Positions 25,963 through 36,861 are shown, numbered from the stretch's first letter. The stretch: 64,000 bases of DNA from Deltaproteobacteria bacterium (GCA_016210055.1 JACQUZ010000155.1:5633-69632), one strand, 5' to 3'. Numbers and translations are program-made. The notes: generated from the sequence alone by a model not told the origin.

Positions 25963-26897
25963 ATCGGTTGGGCATTGGCCTTGCATCGTCGTGGCCCATG
26001 GAGCCGAAACTTAACCCGCATGATCGTGAGGTGTTTCGGCGAGCGCTCACCGCGCTGAACCGCGAGCGTGTCCGCTATGTGGTCGCCGGAGCGTTCGCGC
26101 TCAATCATTACACCGGAGTCTGGAGGTACACGAAAGACCTCGACGTCTTCTGCGAGCCGATTGCGTCCCAGGGTGCGCTCTCTGCCCTCGCTCGGGCCGG
26201 GTTTCAGACTTATGTCGAGGAGAAGCATTGGCTGGGGAAAGCGGTCCTCCACGACACGCTCGTCGATGTGATATGGGCAGGCGGGAACTGGGCCACGTTC
26301 GTCGACGAAGGGTGGTTTGGACGGGCACACGTGGGACGCGTCCTGGGCATCGACGTCCTCGTCGCCAGCCCGGAGGACATCGTCTTGTCGAAAGCCTACG
26401 TGGCCGGCCGCGAGCGCTTTGACGGCGCAGACATCGCGCACCTGATTCACGCTTGCGGAGAGGCATTCAATTGGGACGACCTCGCCGTCCGGTTTGGCGA
26501 TCACTGGCCTCTTCTCCTCCATTACATGGTGCTGTTCCGCTTCGTGTACCCCGAGGATCGGGAAACGGCACCAGCACGGATCGTTCACGAGCTCGCCATG
26601 AGGATCGGGACGGAAGACGAGACCACGGACGGCCTCACGTTCCGAGGGCCGCTCCTCGACCGATACGGATATCTCCACGATCTCCACGCCCATGGGCGTC
26701 CAGATCCACGCGAGGTCTTGGCGGCAAGGGCAGGCCTCCCCGTCGCCGACGTGAAAAGGCGACGGCTTCTCGACAAGCTGGCCCTAGAGGACGGTCGTGT
26801 CACCCCAAGCCGGCCAAATGGCCGCAGCACGAGACCTACCGTCCGAGCCAGGAAGCCCCGCGACAAGCGACACGCGCTTTCAGCGCACGACAGGTAG
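25959..26897 (+). CDS. Nucleotidyltransferase-fold protein (uncharacterised family)
   Basis: 312 aa. YVVAGAFALNHYTGVWRYTKDLDVF resembles the G-x-A...T-x-D-x-D minimal nucleotidyltransferase motif. The start overlaps the anmK stop (GTGA); an alternative ATG lies at 25998. The C-terminal tail is basic and low-complexity. Confidence 0.5.
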   Translation: MNRLGIGLASSWPMEPKLNPHDREVFRRALTALNRERVRYVVAGAFALNHYTGVWRYTKDLDVFCEPIASQGALSALARAGFQTYVEEKHWLGKAVLHDTLVDVIWAGGNWATFVDEGWFGRAHVGRVLGIDVLVASPEDIVLSKAYVAGRERFDGADIAHLIHACGEAFNWDDLAVRFGDHWPLLLHYMVLFRFVYPEDRETAPARIVHELAMRIGTEDETTDGLTFRGPLLDRYGYLHDLHAHGRPDPREVLAARAGLPVADVKRRRLLDKLALEDGRVTPSRPNGRSTRPTVRARKPRDKRHALSAHDR

Positions 26898-27887
26898 CGT
26901 TGCGACGACGGGTAGCGTCGCTACCGTGTGCAGGCCCGGTGGCGAAGCGGCGACGATGGGAATGGCGTTCAGCACGGCGCCGACGGTCGCCCGGTCCCCT
27001 TGGAAGCCTCCCTGCACGACGACTTCCAGCGGTGGATCACCTTCCACCCACACCTGGTCACGCGGCGCCTCCGCACCCACGTACATTTCGAGGACGAGCT
27101 CCACCACCGGCTGTTCACCGTGGGTAACCCATGCGACCTGCTTCACGCCCAACACGCGGCCTTGGGTTACTCCCGCGGCATCCACTTGGGCGATCACCGG
27201 CTCGATCGTCTCCTCTACGCCGGAGAACGGAAGCCCCAGCCCACTCGCAAGGAGCGCAGCCGACTCGGCAAGCCCTACGTGGCCAAGCCGCCCTTGTGAA
27301 ACCCCCTGTCGGAACTCATCTGGAGAGAGCCCTGCCCCGACCTTGGCCCGGAGCGGCCCACGACGCTTCGCAGCGTCCACCACGCGGTGCACCCGCACCT
27401 TGTCCACGCGCACGCACGCCGACGTAATGACGAGTGGCAGGCGATCCATGACCATTCCAGGGTTCACCCCAGTGCCGAGAACCACTACGCCTCGTTCCCG
27501 CGCACGCTTGTCCAAGGACCGCGCGATCTCCGCATGCCTCTGCCAGGGAAACGCAAGCTCCTCGCAGGTCGACACGACGTGCAACCCTACATCGACAGCC
27601 TGCTCCAGCTGGGGCGCCACTTGGTCGAGTCGTGACCCGGTGCACACCACCGCGACGTCCTCATGTCCACGGCTTCCCTGGGTACGGGCATAGAGCTCTC
27701 GCGCCTCCCCTACGACAAGGTCGCCACGGGGCGGCATTCCGAGGAGTATCCCCAGGTCAGCCCCCACTTTTCCAGGCATGGGATCCGCTGCCCCGAGGAG
27801 GTTCATGTCTGACCGCGTGAGGATTGCCTTGCCCACCTCAATGCCGATGGGGCCCAAGCCTAATAGGAAAACGCGCGCGTGCGTCAC
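26880..27887 (-). CDS. DapB-N-like NAD(P)-dependent oxidoreductase (amine dehydrogenase / dihydrodipicolinate reductase-like family)
   Basis: 335 aa. N-terminal Rossmann motif VFLLGLGPIGIEVG. The overall layout resembles the 2,4-diaminopentanoate dehydrogenase-like family. There is a 4-nt overlap with the upstream gene. Confidence 0.65.
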   Translation of the reverse strand: MTHARVFLLGLGPIGIEVGKAILTRSDMNLLGAADPMPGKVGADLGILLGMPPRGDLVVGEARELYARTQGSRGHEDVAVVCTGSRLDQVAPQLEQAVDVGLHVVSTCEELAFPWQRHAEIARSLDKRARERGVVVLGTGVNPGMVMDRLPLVITSACVRVDKVRVHRVVDAAKRRGPLRAKVGAGLSPDEFRQGVSQGRLGHVGLAESAALLASGLGLPFSGVEETIEPVIAQVDAAGVTQGRVLGVKQVAWVTHGEQPVVELVLEMYVGAEAPRDQVWVEGDPPLEVVVQGGFQGDRATVGAVLNAIPIVAASPPGLHTVATLPVVATLPVVR

Positions 27888-30271
27888 GGCCGCCCGTCGC
27901 TGCGGCTGCTCGCGGCAGTCGCCTCGGCAAGGATCCGATCCAGCATCGCCGCCACGTCGAGGGCTGAGCGGCCAAGCGCCTGGTCGCGTGCCGAGCGCAG
28001 CCTGTCTACCACCTCGTCGACTTGCTTGCGGGCTCGCGCCAGCTCGCTATCGGTGGGGACAGGCTCGGGGATCTTCTTCGCCTCGACGAGAAGCGCCCGC
28101 AACCCGTCCTCGAGCGCCACCAGCCTGAGCTCCTCCTCACGCATTCCGGCGTCCAGGATGCGAACGAGCTCGTCGATTTCATCGACGCGTGCCAGCGCCC
28201 GCGTGCCGTCGACACGTGGATGATCGGCCTCCCGCCTCGCCGCCAGCGCTTGCTCGGCCGAAGTTACCGCGTCCCGTGCGACTCGAAGCTCGGACTCCTT
28301 CTCGGCGAGCGAGCCGCGGAGCTTTGCGAGCTCTTCTTCGCGCTCGACATCTTTTCGAGCGACCACCTCCTTGAGCTCGGCGGCCTGCTTCTCGAGCTCC
28401 TTTCGCTCCCTCTCCGTGCGGATGACCTCATCACGAACCGACACGAGCTTCTTCGAGGCCTCTTCCATCGCGCGAGTCAGCGCCACCTGGGCCGCCTGCC
28501 TCTGGGCGCGCGCGTTCTCCACGGCCTGCTCACGCGCGGTCTCGGCCTCCCTCTGCATCTCACCGATCTTGCGCCACAGCTCGTTGGTCTTGCTTTCGGC
28601 TTCTTTCCAGCGTGCCGCAGCCTTTTCTGCCGCCGTGGTTTTTTCGGCGACAGAAGCCTCCAGCTCGGCGATCCGTGAGACCTGGGCGGGGTCTGGTCCC
28701 ACCACTCGCTCACCTCGGAGCCTGAGCACCTCCCCTTCGGCTCGGGCTGCTCGGGAGCGTAGCTCTCGCAGCTCCTTTTCCAGGGAGCTGGCCGTGGCGG
28801 CACGGCGTTTCTCGGCCACGGCTGTCTCGGCGACAGCTTGCTGGGCCCGGGCCAGCTCGTCCCGAAGCTCGTCGATATATGCGTCTCGTTCCTCGATCTC
28901 TGCCCTCGACTCGCGCATCGAGTGCTCGTGCTTGAGTGCCGCTTCGGCGACGAGCTCCGCGGCTTCCTGACCTTTCGGCGCAGGCGGCGCCACGGCCCAT
29001 TCACCCTCTGCTCGGCAGAGCTTCCCCTGGAGCTCGCCCACCTGCCATGAAGTCGCCTGGAGGTCGGCGGAGAGGCTCAGGATCTCGGCCTCCCGCTCGC
29101 GCAAGAGAAGCTTGGTCCTTGAAAGCTCCACGCCATCGCTTTCCGGAGGCAGGGACGGCTCTACCTGAGCCTGCGTCGCCGACACGTTCCGGATGTTCAC
29201 AGCCTCGGCGAGCTTATCCGTGAGCTGTTCCACGACCTTGGTAAGCCGGCGGATCTCCTTCGAGGACTGCTCGCTGACCCGTTTCTTCTCTGCCTCGGCT
29301 TCACTTGCGCTCGTACGCAGTTGCTTGGCCTCGATTTCTGTCTTCGAGCGTAGCTCCTCCGCACGTGCAAGCTTCTGGCGCAAGTCCTCGAGCTTCTGGG
29401 CGTGGGAAGCGCGCGCAGTATCGAGCTCGCGCTCGAGCTCGCCGGCTTTCTTGGACGCGCAAGAAGCCTCCGCTTCTGCCTCGACTAGGCGCGACTTTAG
29501 GTCCTCGGCCACAGGGACCGGATCCGGACCGGAAGGCAAGAGAGCGCTCTTCGGATCGCCAATCACGTCAGTGAACAGGAGCTGGGTTCCCTCCCGAACT
29601 GGAAGCTGAACCACCATGAAGCCGCGTTTTCCCGGCGCCCGCCCTGCTACGACCACGTACTGCAAGACGTGGTCGTCGTCAGAACCGTCCGCGGGGAGAA
29701 GCGTCGCGTCTAGGTCTACATCGGGAACCTCGTTGACCTGATCCGAAAACTCCGCCAGGGAGATGCCCACAAAAGGCGAAACTCCGACGAGACGCACTTG
29801 ACCAAAAAGCGGCGAAACGCGGGCGATGACATCCTCGGAGACCCCCGCCTGTTCGGATGGCGTGCTTCCCCGCGCCACCGCCAAGAGGAGAACGCCATCC
29901 TTCTTGAGAACCCGGCGGACCTCCTGGAGGTAATGGGGGTTGCTCAGAAACAGGTTCCCTTCCGGGATGCACGCAACGTCAAAAATGCCCTCGTCCAATC
30001 CCAAGGACCCGAATTCCGCCGCGCGAAAGCCCAGGTTGCGCAGCCTGTGCCTGCGTCTCGCGACGTCGATCAGCTTGGGCGACGAATCGACTCCAAGGAC
30101 CGTGCGTGCACCGTTTTGCGCCAGGAAGCGTGCACCGTGCCCTTCGCCGCAGCCGAGCTCGATGGCCTTTCGTCCACTCCAGGCATCTTCGAGGTACACG
30201 TAGGTGGGGAGACGCCGAAACTTGCTGGTGTCGCGAGAATCCATCGAACCTCCGGTGGGACCTAAGCTCAC
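27884..30271 (-). CDS. Class I SAM methyltransferase domain fused to a roughly 550-aa coiled-coil region
   Basis: 795 aa. The N-terminal region carries methyltransferase motifs (AIELGCGEGHGARFL; VLGVDSS; LKKDGVLLLAV). The rest is highly charged Glu/Ala/Arg/Lys/Leu heptad-like sequence running to the C-terminus. Confidence 0.75.
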   Translation of the reverse strand: MSLGPTGGSMDSRDTSKFRRLPTYVYLEDAWSGRKAIELGCGEGHGARFLAQNGARTVLGVDSSPKLIDVARRRHRLRNLGFRAAEFGSLGLDEGIFDVACIPEGNLFLSNPHYLQEVRRVLKKDGVLLLAVARGSTPSEQAGVSEDVIARVSPLFGQVRLVGVSPFVGISLAEFSDQVNEVPDVDLDATLLPADGSDDDHVLQYVVVAGRAPGKRGFMVVQLPVREGTQLLFTDVIGDPKSALLPSGPDPVPVAEDLKSRLVEAEAEASCASKKAGELERELDTARASHAQKLEDLRQKLARAEELRSKTEIEAKQLRTSASEAEAEKKRVSEQSSKEIRRLTKVVEQLTDKLAEAVNIRNVSATQAQVEPSLPPESDGVELSRTKLLLREREAEILSLSADLQATSWQVGELQGKLCRAEGEWAVAPPAPKGQEAAELVAEAALKHEHSMRESRAEIEERDAYIDELRDELARAQQAVAETAVAEKRRAATASSLEKELRELRSRAARAEGEVLRLRGERVVGPDPAQVSRIAELEASVAEKTTAAEKAAARWKEAESKTNELWRKIGEMQREAETAREQAVENARAQRQAAQVALTRAMEEASKKLVSVRDEVIRTERERKELEKQAAELKEVVARKDVEREEELAKLRGSLAEKESELRVARDAVTSAEQALAARREADHPRVDGTRALARVDEIDELVRILDAGMREEELRLVALEDGLRALLVEAKKIPEPVPTDSELARARKQVDEVVDRLRSARDQALGRSALDVAAMLDRILAEATAASSRSDGRP

Positions 30272-30331
30272 TACCGTTTCAAATGAGAAGTAAGGACCGT
30301 GTCGAAAGTAGAACCGCTCGCAATCTTATAC

Positions 30332-30637
30332 CTAGTGGCGGACACGGAAACCATGATTTTCCCCGGTTGGGTCCTTCCACTCGGCGCGCACGGAGGCGAC
30401 GTGCGCCAAGGGTGGCCCTTCCTTGCAACAGGCGAGGAGAGACTCGAGCGCGGCTTTGGGTCCCTCGGCTTCGAGCTCAACGCTCCCATCGGGCAAGTTT
30501 CGCACCCACCCACTCAACCCCAAGCGGTGGGCTTCTTGTGCCGTCCACGCCCTGAACGATACTCCCTGAACCCGTCCTGTCACGACGGCGCGAAAACGAG
30601 CTCGTTCCACGTTTAATCTCCTTGACAGCTTTCGCAA
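30332..30637 (-). CDS. Acylphosphatase
   Basis: 101 aa with the VTGRVQGVSFRAW signature and GWVRNLPDGSVE. Confidence 0.8.
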   Translation of the reverse strand: MRKLSRRLNVERARFRAVVTGRVQGVSFRAWTAQEAHRLGLSGWVRNLPDGSVELEAEGPKAALESLLACCKEGPPLAHVASVRAEWKDPTGENHGFRVRH

Positions 30638-30761
30638 CAGCGCCTAAACGTACAAAGGCATCGCGCGGTAGTTCCCGCTATCAACCCATTCCGAGATACC
30701 GCAACAACCTCCCCATGAAAATAGGTAAGGCGGGGGCCTTCCCCTCTAAGGAGTCGAACGG

Positions 30762-32009
30762 ATGAACCTGACCGAAATCAAGCGCAAGAACATCAAAGAT
30801 CTCTATCAGATGGCGGCTGAATACAACATCGAAGGGTTCTCCGCCATGCGAAAGCAGGAGCTGATTTTCGCGCTCCTCAATGCTCGCGCAGACCAGCGAG
30901 GCGAGATCTGGGCAGAGGGTGTCCTCGAGACTCTCCCCGACGGCTTTGGGTTCCTCCGCGCCCCGGACTACAACTACCTGCCGGGCCCCGACGACATCTA
31001 CGTGTCCCCCTCGCAGATTCGACGATTCGGACTGCGCACCGGCGACACCATTACCGGGCAAATCCGCCCTCCCAAGGACTCCGAGCGCTATTTTGCGCTC
31101 CTCAAGGTCGAGAGAATCAACCACGAAACTCCCGAGGTTCAGCGCGACAAGATCCTGTTCGACAACCTCACCCCTCTCTACCCGAACAAGAAGCTCAACC
31201 TCGAGTACCACTCCAAGAATCTCTCAACCCGCATCATCGACCTCCTTTGTCCCATCGGCAAGGGCCAAAGGTGCCTGATTGTCTCGCCTCCCCGAGCGGG
31301 GAAGACCGTCCTCCTCCAGGACATTGCGCACGCTGTGACCTCGAACCATCCGGACGTTGTGCTCATTGTGCTCTTGATTGATGAGCGCCCCGAAGAAGTG
31401 ACGGACATGCAGCGCACCGTGAAGGGGGAGGTCATCAGCTCCACCTTTGACGAGCCAGCGGCGCGCCACGTGCAAGTCGCAGAGATGGTCATTGAAAAGG
31501 CGAAGCGGCTCGCGGAGCACAAGAAGGACGTCGTGATCCTCCTGGACTCCATTACGCGCCTCGCCCGCGCCTACAACACGGTCGTGCCCCCGTCGGGAAA
31601 GATCCTGTCTGGCGGCGTTGATTCGAACGCCCTGCACAAGCCCAAGAGGTTCTTCGGAACCGCACGGAATATCGAGGAAGGCGGCTCGGTCACCATTATC
31701 GCCACGGCCCTCGTCGATACAGGCTCCCGAATGGACGAGGTTATCTTCGAGGAGTTCAAGGGTACCGGTAACTCCGAAATCCACCTCGATCGCAAGCTCA
31801 TGGAGAAGCGCATCTTCCCGTGCTTGGACATCAACAAGTCGAGCACCCGCAAGGAAGAGCTACTCATGCCAGACAACGTTCTCAACCGCGTCTGGATCCT
31901 CCGCCAGCTCATCCATCCGCTGAACGTCATCGACGCCATGGAGTTCCTCCGCGACAAGATTGCCAAGGTCGAGTTGAACCGCGAGTTCGTCGAGTCGATG
32001 TCAGCCTAG
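30762..32009 (+). CDS. rho: Transcription termination factor Rho
   Basis: 415 aa. N-terminal Rho_N ([27 protein letters not shown]), an RNA-binding CSD-like domain, Walker A ([10 protein letters not shown]) and an F1-ATPase-like core. Confidence 0.95.
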   Translation: MNLTEIKRKNIKDLYQMAAEYNIEGFSAMRKQELIFALLNARADQRGEIWAEGVLETLPDGFGFLRAPDYNYLPGPDDIYVSPSQIRRFGLRTGDTITGQIRPPKDSERYFALLKVERINHETPEVQRDKILFDNLTPLYPNKKLNLEYHSKNLSTRIIDLLCPIGKGQRCLIVSPPRAGKTVLLQDIAHAVTSNHPDVVLIVLLIDERPEEVTDMQRTVKGEVISSTFDEPAARHVQVAEMVIEKAKRLAEHKKDVVILLDSITRLARAYNTVVPPSGKILSGGVDSNALHKPKRFFGTARNIEEGGSVTIIATALVDTGSRMDEVIFEEFKGTGNSEIHLDRKLMEKRIFPCLDINKSSTRKEELLMPDNVLNRVWILRQLIHPLNVIDAMEFLRDKIAKVELNREFVESMSA

Positions 32010-32080
32010 CGCTTCCCCACCGTTTCCTTGCCACTCGAGAGCGCAGCCCTCTCGAGTCCCGTGTGGTAAAGTCGTCGGGG

Positions 32081-32923
32081 ATGGCCCGTGTGCTTCGCCT
32101 GCCGGACCACGGACGCCTGCTCGTCGCCACCGACCTGCAGGGCTGTCTCCGGGATTTCGTGCGCATGGAGAGGATCTTCCGTGCGGCCGAGGACAAGAGC
32201 CTGGGAGAGGTCCACCTTCTTTTCACTGGCGACCTCATCCACGGCCCTCGAATTCCAGAGGATGGGTGGCCCGACTATCTCGGGGAGTTCTATAAGGACG
32301 AGTCCCCCAAGCTCATTGACCGCTTCATTGCCTTGCAAGAACGCTTCCCCAAGCAGGTCCACTCACTGCTCGGGAACCACGAGCACGGCCACATTGGCGG
32401 ACCGCATACGGCCAAGTTCGCCTACGACGAGGTAGCACTGCTCGAATCGATCCTGGGCCCCAAGAATACAGAGAAACTCCGCCGGCTGTTCCGGGATTTC
32501 CCCTTGGTTGCCGTCGCTCCGTGCGGGATCGTGTTTACCCATGGGGCACCTGCGGCCCACATCCGCTCCATCGCCGAAATTGAAGCGGCCAAGCTGGACG
32601 GCATCACATATCGTTCTCCGGTCGATATCCTCCACGTGCCTGTCATCGGACAGATCCTCTGGGCGCGATCGGCCTCAGCCGAGGCAGCGCGGAAGTTCGT
32701 CGGCGCCCTTGGCGGACGCGTGTCGGTGTTCGGGCACGACGTCGTCCCCCAAGGCTTTGAGCGGGTGGGCGACGAGCAGATCATCATCTCGACGAGCTTT
32801 GGCGTCGCCGATGCCCAGAAGGTCTACCTGGACATCGACCTGTCGAGGAGATTCGACACGGTCCACGACCTGCGGGAGGGGATCGAAATCGTTCCCCTCT
32901 ACCCCCAGCGGCAACGCAGTTGA
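32081..32923 (+). CDS. Metallophosphoesterase (calcineurin-like phosphatase family)
   Basis: The start is moved to ATG 32081 ([21 protein letters not shown]). Metallophosphoesterase motifs D-x-(H/Q)G, GDLIHGP and GNHEHGH are present. Confidence 0.75.
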   Translation: MARVLRLPDHGRLLVATDLQGCLRDFVRMERIFRAAEDKSLGEVHLLFTGDLIHGPRIPEDGWPDYLGEFYKDESPKLIDRFIALQERFPKQVHSLLGNHEHGHIGGPHTAKFAYDEVALLESILGPKNTEKLRRLFRDFPLVAVAPCGIVFTHGAPAAHIRSIAEIEAAKLDGITYRSPVDILHVPVIGQILWARSASAEAARKFVGALGGRVSVFGHDVVPQGFERVGDEQIIISTSFGVADAQKVYLDIDLSRRFDTVHDLREGIEIVPLYPQRQRS

Positions 32924-33016
32924 CAGATTCCATAAGACCTGCCTACGTTTATAATGTTGGGAAAAGACTGCTCCTTGGCTTCTGCTCACTCCCCGTGCTC
33001 ACGACATTGCGCGCGC

Positions 33017-34360
33017 ATGGCGGTCCTCTTGCTCGCCGTTTCCTGGGCATGCGGACCCAATGGAGGAAAAGGGGATAGCATCGACGGGGGGCGCGCCGAG
33101 CCCCGCATCGATAGTGGTCCCACGCCCTGCCGTGGCGCCGAATGCCAGAACTTCTGCCCCGACGGGAAGAAAACGACCCTGAGCGGGACTGTCACTGCGC
33201 CCAACGGCATTGACCCGGTAGCAGGCGCCATTGTCCTCGTGCCCTCGGAGATAGATGAAATCCCGAGCACCGTGTCCTGCGATCTCTGCGCCCACATCTC
33301 GGGCCGGGCGAAAGTCCAAGCCACAACCCGACCGGACGGCAGTTTCTCGCTCTCTCCAATTCCCACTCAAGCGGATCAACTTCCCGGCAAGTCGATCCAA
33401 TTGGTTGTTCAGAAGGGCCGATTTCGTCGCGTTTCCACGGTCACGATTGACAACCCGTGCGGTGAAAACGTCGTCGAAGAAGGCCTGGTCAGTCTTCCCA
33501 AGAAGAGCGAGGGGCAAAACCACGTGCCCAAGATCGCGATCGCGACGGGTCGGTATGACGCCATGGAATGCGTCCTTCTGCGCATGGGTCTCGACCAAGA
33601 CGCATTCACGATTTTTGAGGGAGACGACTACAGCAACGCTCCCCACTTTCTCGACGCGCTGCTTCGTGACCCCTCCCAAATGGCCGAATACGACGTCCTT
33701 TTCCTTAATTGCGGCAACGACTACGAAGGCCTCCTCGCAGACCAGGCGATCCGAAATAACCTCGCGTCCTACGTCGAAAAAGGTGGTCGGCTATACGTCA
33801 CCGACCAGGCGTACGACTTCGTCGAGCAGGTGGAAGTATTTTCACGGTTTATCGATTTCGGCCCCACCAAGACCACCGCCACGACTCCGGAGCTCAAGGA
33901 CGCGGCGCAGGTTGGAGCCGGCGGCTTGGTTGTCCAGGCTTCTATCTTGGATTCCGAGTTGGCAAGTTGGTTGTCGGCAATCGAGAAGCGCACGGGAAAG
34001 GAAGTGATCGGCAACGACAACCGGGTGAAAGTAGAGCACTTCGTCGAGGGCTGGGCTGTCCCATACGCGGTGCCACCGGGGCCCGACTCACATGCATGGG
34101 TCGAAGGGGAAGTCTCGGGAGAGGCGATGCCTACGAGCGTACGCCCGCTTACGATGACCTTTGACTACAAGCAATGCGGTCGGGTGCTCTTTTCCAGCTA
34201 CCACACGACGGGCAAGGGGACGACTACGGGAATTCCCCCGGTTGGCGGGAAGAACAGCGGGTACCTCACGCACTGCGCCATCGACCAGACCCTCACGCCC
34301 CAGGAACGGATCCTCGAGTATCTCATTCTGCACGTGGCCGACTGCTTGACCATCGAATGA
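33017..34360 (+). CDS. Hypothetical secreted/lipoprotein with a carboxypeptidase-regulatory-like N-domain
   Basis: The start is set at MAVLLLAVSWACG, a signal/lipobox-like sequence. LSGTVTAPNGIDPVAGAIVLVP resembles a CarboxypepD_reg-type beta-sandwich. The C-terminal part has no family I recognise. Confidence 0.55.
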   Translation: MAVLLLAVSWACGPNGGKGDSIDGGRAEPRIDSGPTPCRGAECQNFCPDGKKTTLSGTVTAPNGIDPVAGAIVLVPSEIDEIPSTVSCDLCAHISGRAKVQATTRPDGSFSLSPIPTQADQLPGKSIQLVVQKGRFRRVSTVTIDNPCGENVVEEGLVSLPKKSEGQNHVPKIAIATGRYDAMECVLLRMGLDQDAFTIFEGDDYSNAPHFLDALLRDPSQMAEYDVLFLNCGNDYEGLLADQAIRNNLASYVEKGGRLYVTDQAYDFVEQVEVFSRFIDFGPTKTTATTPELKDAAQVGAGGLVVQASILDSELASWLSAIEKRTGKEVIGNDNRVKVEHFVEGWAVPYAVPPGPDSHAWVEGEVSGEAMPTSVRPLTMTFDYKQCGRVLFSSYHTTGKGTTTGIPPVGGKNSGYLTHCAIDQTLTPQERILEYLILHVADCLTIE

Positions 34361-34384
34361 GGCGCATGCCCTACGCCGCGGTGC

Positions 34385-34413
34385 TTGAAACGACGTTCAT
34401 CCTCTGCTATACG
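34385..34413 (+). promoter_or_regulatory. Possible sigma-70-type promoter upstream of rpmE
   Basis: TTGAAA (34385-34390), a 17-nt spacer, then TATACG (34408-34413), about 30 nt upstream of the rpmE ATG. This is a pattern match only. Confidence 0.25.
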
Positions 34414-34443
34414 ACGTGACTTCGACACCCGAGGACTACGCTC

Positions 34444-34668
34444 ATGAAGCCAGAAGTGCACCCCAACTACAAGCCCGCCACCATCACCTGTGCCTGTGGG
34501 TTTGCCTACGAGACCTTTTCGACCCGCGGCTCCTTCATGGTGGAAATCTGCTCCAATTGTCACCCTTTCTACACCGGAAAGCAGAAACTCCTAGACACCG
34601 CCGGACGCATCGACCGCTTCAATAAGAAGTACGGGCGCACCCCCAAGAAGGAAAAGGCTACCGAATAG
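34444..34668 (+). CDS. rpmE: 50S ribosomal protein L31
   Basis: 74 aa: MKPEVHPNY...[13 protein letters not shown]...RIDRFNKKY. Confidence 0.95.
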   Translation: MKPEVHPNYKPATITCACGFAYETFSTRGSFMVEICSNCHPFYTGKQKLLDTAGRIDRFNKKYGRTPKKEKATE

Positions 34669-34680
34669 CTGCAGCGTTCC

Positions 34681-35763
34681 ATGCCAAAGCGTTTTGACGT
34701 CGGCGGTCAAGCGGTCATCGAGGGCGTGATGATGCGCTCGCCCCGTTCTTTCGCCGTGGTCTGCCGGCGGCCAAGCGGCGAGATCGTCATCAAAGAGGAC
34801 GCCTGGCAGCCTATCTGGAAAGGTTTCAAGCCTCTTCGCTGGCCCTTCTTGCGCGGGACGATCGTCCTTCTCGAGTCCCTCTGGAATGGGATATCAGCAC
34901 TGTCGTTTGCGGCCGAGCAGCAAGCCATCACGAGCGAGAGTCCCAAGCCCAGGTCCCTAGGAGCACGTGCGGCCCGCGAGCCTTCTGACCCCAGCCCGAC
35001 AGGAAACCAAGCTCCAAGTTCTGGGTCGGGCCAGGACGAAGTTCAGCTGACATGGCTAGCCAAACTGGGAATGATCGGCACGTCCATCCTCTTTGCGCTT
35101 CTGCTCTTCGTGGGCGCACCCCACTTGGTTGCCTGGGGACTGGGTACAGTCCTTGGATTTGATGCGACGAGCTTCTGGTTTCATGCGGTCGATGGCGTGG
35201 TGAAGCTGGCCATCCTCATCGGCTACCTGGCCGCCATCTCGCTAATCCCCGAGATTCGCAGGGTTTTCCAGTACCATGGCGCCGAGCACAAGTCGATCTT
35301 CACCTACGAGAAAGACCTTCCGCTGACCCTCGAGAACGCCCGGATACAGTCCCGGTTTCACCCGCGCTGTGGTACGTCGTTCCTCCTCATCGTGATCATG
35401 GTTTCCGTGGTCCTGTTTGCGGCCTTGCTCCGCGGGAAGATGGCAGAGCCCCCGATGCTCGACCATCTCGCCAAGATCATCATCAAAGTTCCGCTGATGT
35501 TTCCGGTGGCCGGCGTCGCCTACGAGCTGATCAAGCTCACCGGGCGCTTTGCGGAATCCAGCCCGCTCGCACGGGCGGTTGCCGCGCCTGGCATGTGGTT
35601 GCAGGCCATTACGACGCGTGAGCCTAGCGACGATCAACTCGAGATCGCGCTGATCTCCATTCGAAAAACCCTTTGGCGCGAGCGGATGGGGGACACCGCG
35701 GGCCCTCCGGGCGGAATCGAGGTCTTCTCCTCGACTGCTGAAATCGATCTCCCCCTTTTCTAG
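34681..35763 (+). CDS. DUF1385 domain membrane protein
   Basis: 360 aa. N-terminus VGGQAVIEGVMMRSP and the later YHGAEHK motif are typical of DUF1385. It sits in the conserved position between rpmE and prfA. Confidence 0.85.
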   Translation: MPKRFDVGGQAVIEGVMMRSPRSFAVVCRRPSGEIVIKEDAWQPIWKGFKPLRWPFLRGTIVLLESLWNGISALSFAAEQQAITSESPKPRSLGARAAREPSDPSPTGNQAPSSGSGQDEVQLTWLAKLGMIGTSILFALLLFVGAPHLVAWGLGTVLGFDATSFWFHAVDGVVKLAILIGYLAAISLIPEIRRVFQYHGAEHKSIFTYEKDLPLTLENARIQSRFHPRCGTSFLLIVIMVSVVLFAALLRGKMAEPPMLDHLAKIIIKVPLMFPVAGVAYELIKLTGRFAESSPLARAVAAPGMWLQAITTREPSDDQLEIALISIRKTLWRERMGDTAGPPGGIEVFSSTAEIDLPLF

Positions 35764-35772
35764 CGACGACAC

Positions 35773-36861
35773 ATGTTTGACGATCCCAAGTTCCTTTCCA
35801 AGTTGGAGAGCATCGAGCAGCGAAACGAAGAGCTGACCCGCCTTCTCGGCGAGCCGGAGATCATCGGCAACAGGACCGAGTTCCTCAAGCTCTCACGGGA
35901 ACATGCGAGCACGGGCGAGCTCACCGAGGCCATCCGAAATCGGCGCAAGGTAGTCGCCGACCTCGAGGAGGCCAAGGCCATGCTGCGAGAGGGCGACCCT
36001 GAAATGAGGGAGCTCGCCAAGGAAGAGGTCGCTCGCCTGGAATCCGAGAAGGAAAATGTCGAGCAGCGAATAAAGATCCTGCTCCTGCCAAGAGACTCCA
36101 ACGACGAAAAGAACATCCTCCTCGAGATACGGGCTGGAACGGGCGGAGAAGAGGCCGCCCTTTTTGCCGCAGACCTCTTCCGCATGTACCTGCGGTTCGC
36201 CGAGAGGAAGAGGTGGCGTGTTGAGATCATGTCCCGCTCCGACAGCTCGGCAGGGGGCATCAAGGAAGCCATAGCGCTCGTGGAAGGGAAAGAGGTCTAC
36301 TCGCACCTCAAGTACGAGTCGGGCGTGCACCGGGTGCAGCGCGTCCCAGCAACCGAGACCCAGGGACGCATTCATACCTCGGCAGCAACCGTTGCCGTGC
36401 TCCCAGAAGCAGAAGAAGTGGACATCAAGATCGAAGAGAAAGACCTGCGGATCGACGTCATGCGCGCTGGCGGCCCCGGTGGCCAGTCCGTCAACACCAC
36501 CGACTCCGCGGTTCGTATCACGCACATCCCATCGGGCTTGGTCGTCTTGTGCATGGACGAGAAGTCACAGCACAAGAACAAGGCCAAAGCCATGAAGATC
36601 CTCCGTTCCCGTCTTCTGGACATGGAACGGGAAAAGCAGGAGGCGGCTGAGCGAGAAGCGCGCCGCATGCAGGTGAAGAGCGGCGACCGCTCGGACAAGA
36701 TTCGCACCTACAATTTTCCCCAGGACCGTATCACCGACCATCGAATCGGCCTCACCAAGCACAACCTCCCTTCGGTCCTGGATGGTGATCTCGACGACTT
36801 TGTCGAGGCCCTTCGAGCCAACGCTCAAGCGGAGGCACTCAAGGCATCGGCTGGTGACTGA
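35773..36861 (+). CDS. prfA: Peptide chain release factor 1
   Basis: 362 aa. PAT-type tripeptide (RVPATE) and GGQ motif ([11 protein letters not shown]). Confidence 0.95.
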   Translation: MFDDPKFLSKLESIEQRNEELTRLLGEPEIIGNRTEFLKLSREHASTGELTEAIRNRRKVVADLEEAKAMLREGDPEMRELAKEEVARLESEKENVEQRIKILLLPRDSNDEKNILLEIRAGTGGEEAALFAADLFRMYLRFAERKRWRVEIMSRSDSSAGGIKEAIALVEGKEVYSHLKYESGVHRVQRVPATETQGRIHTSAATVAVLPEAEEVDIKIEEKDLRIDVMRAGGPGGQSVNTTDSAVRITHIPSGLVVLCMDEKSQHKNKAKAMKILRSRLLDMEREKQEAAEREARRMQVKSGDRSDKIRTYNFPQDRITDHRIGLTKHNLPSVLDGDLDDFVEALRANAQAEALKASAGD

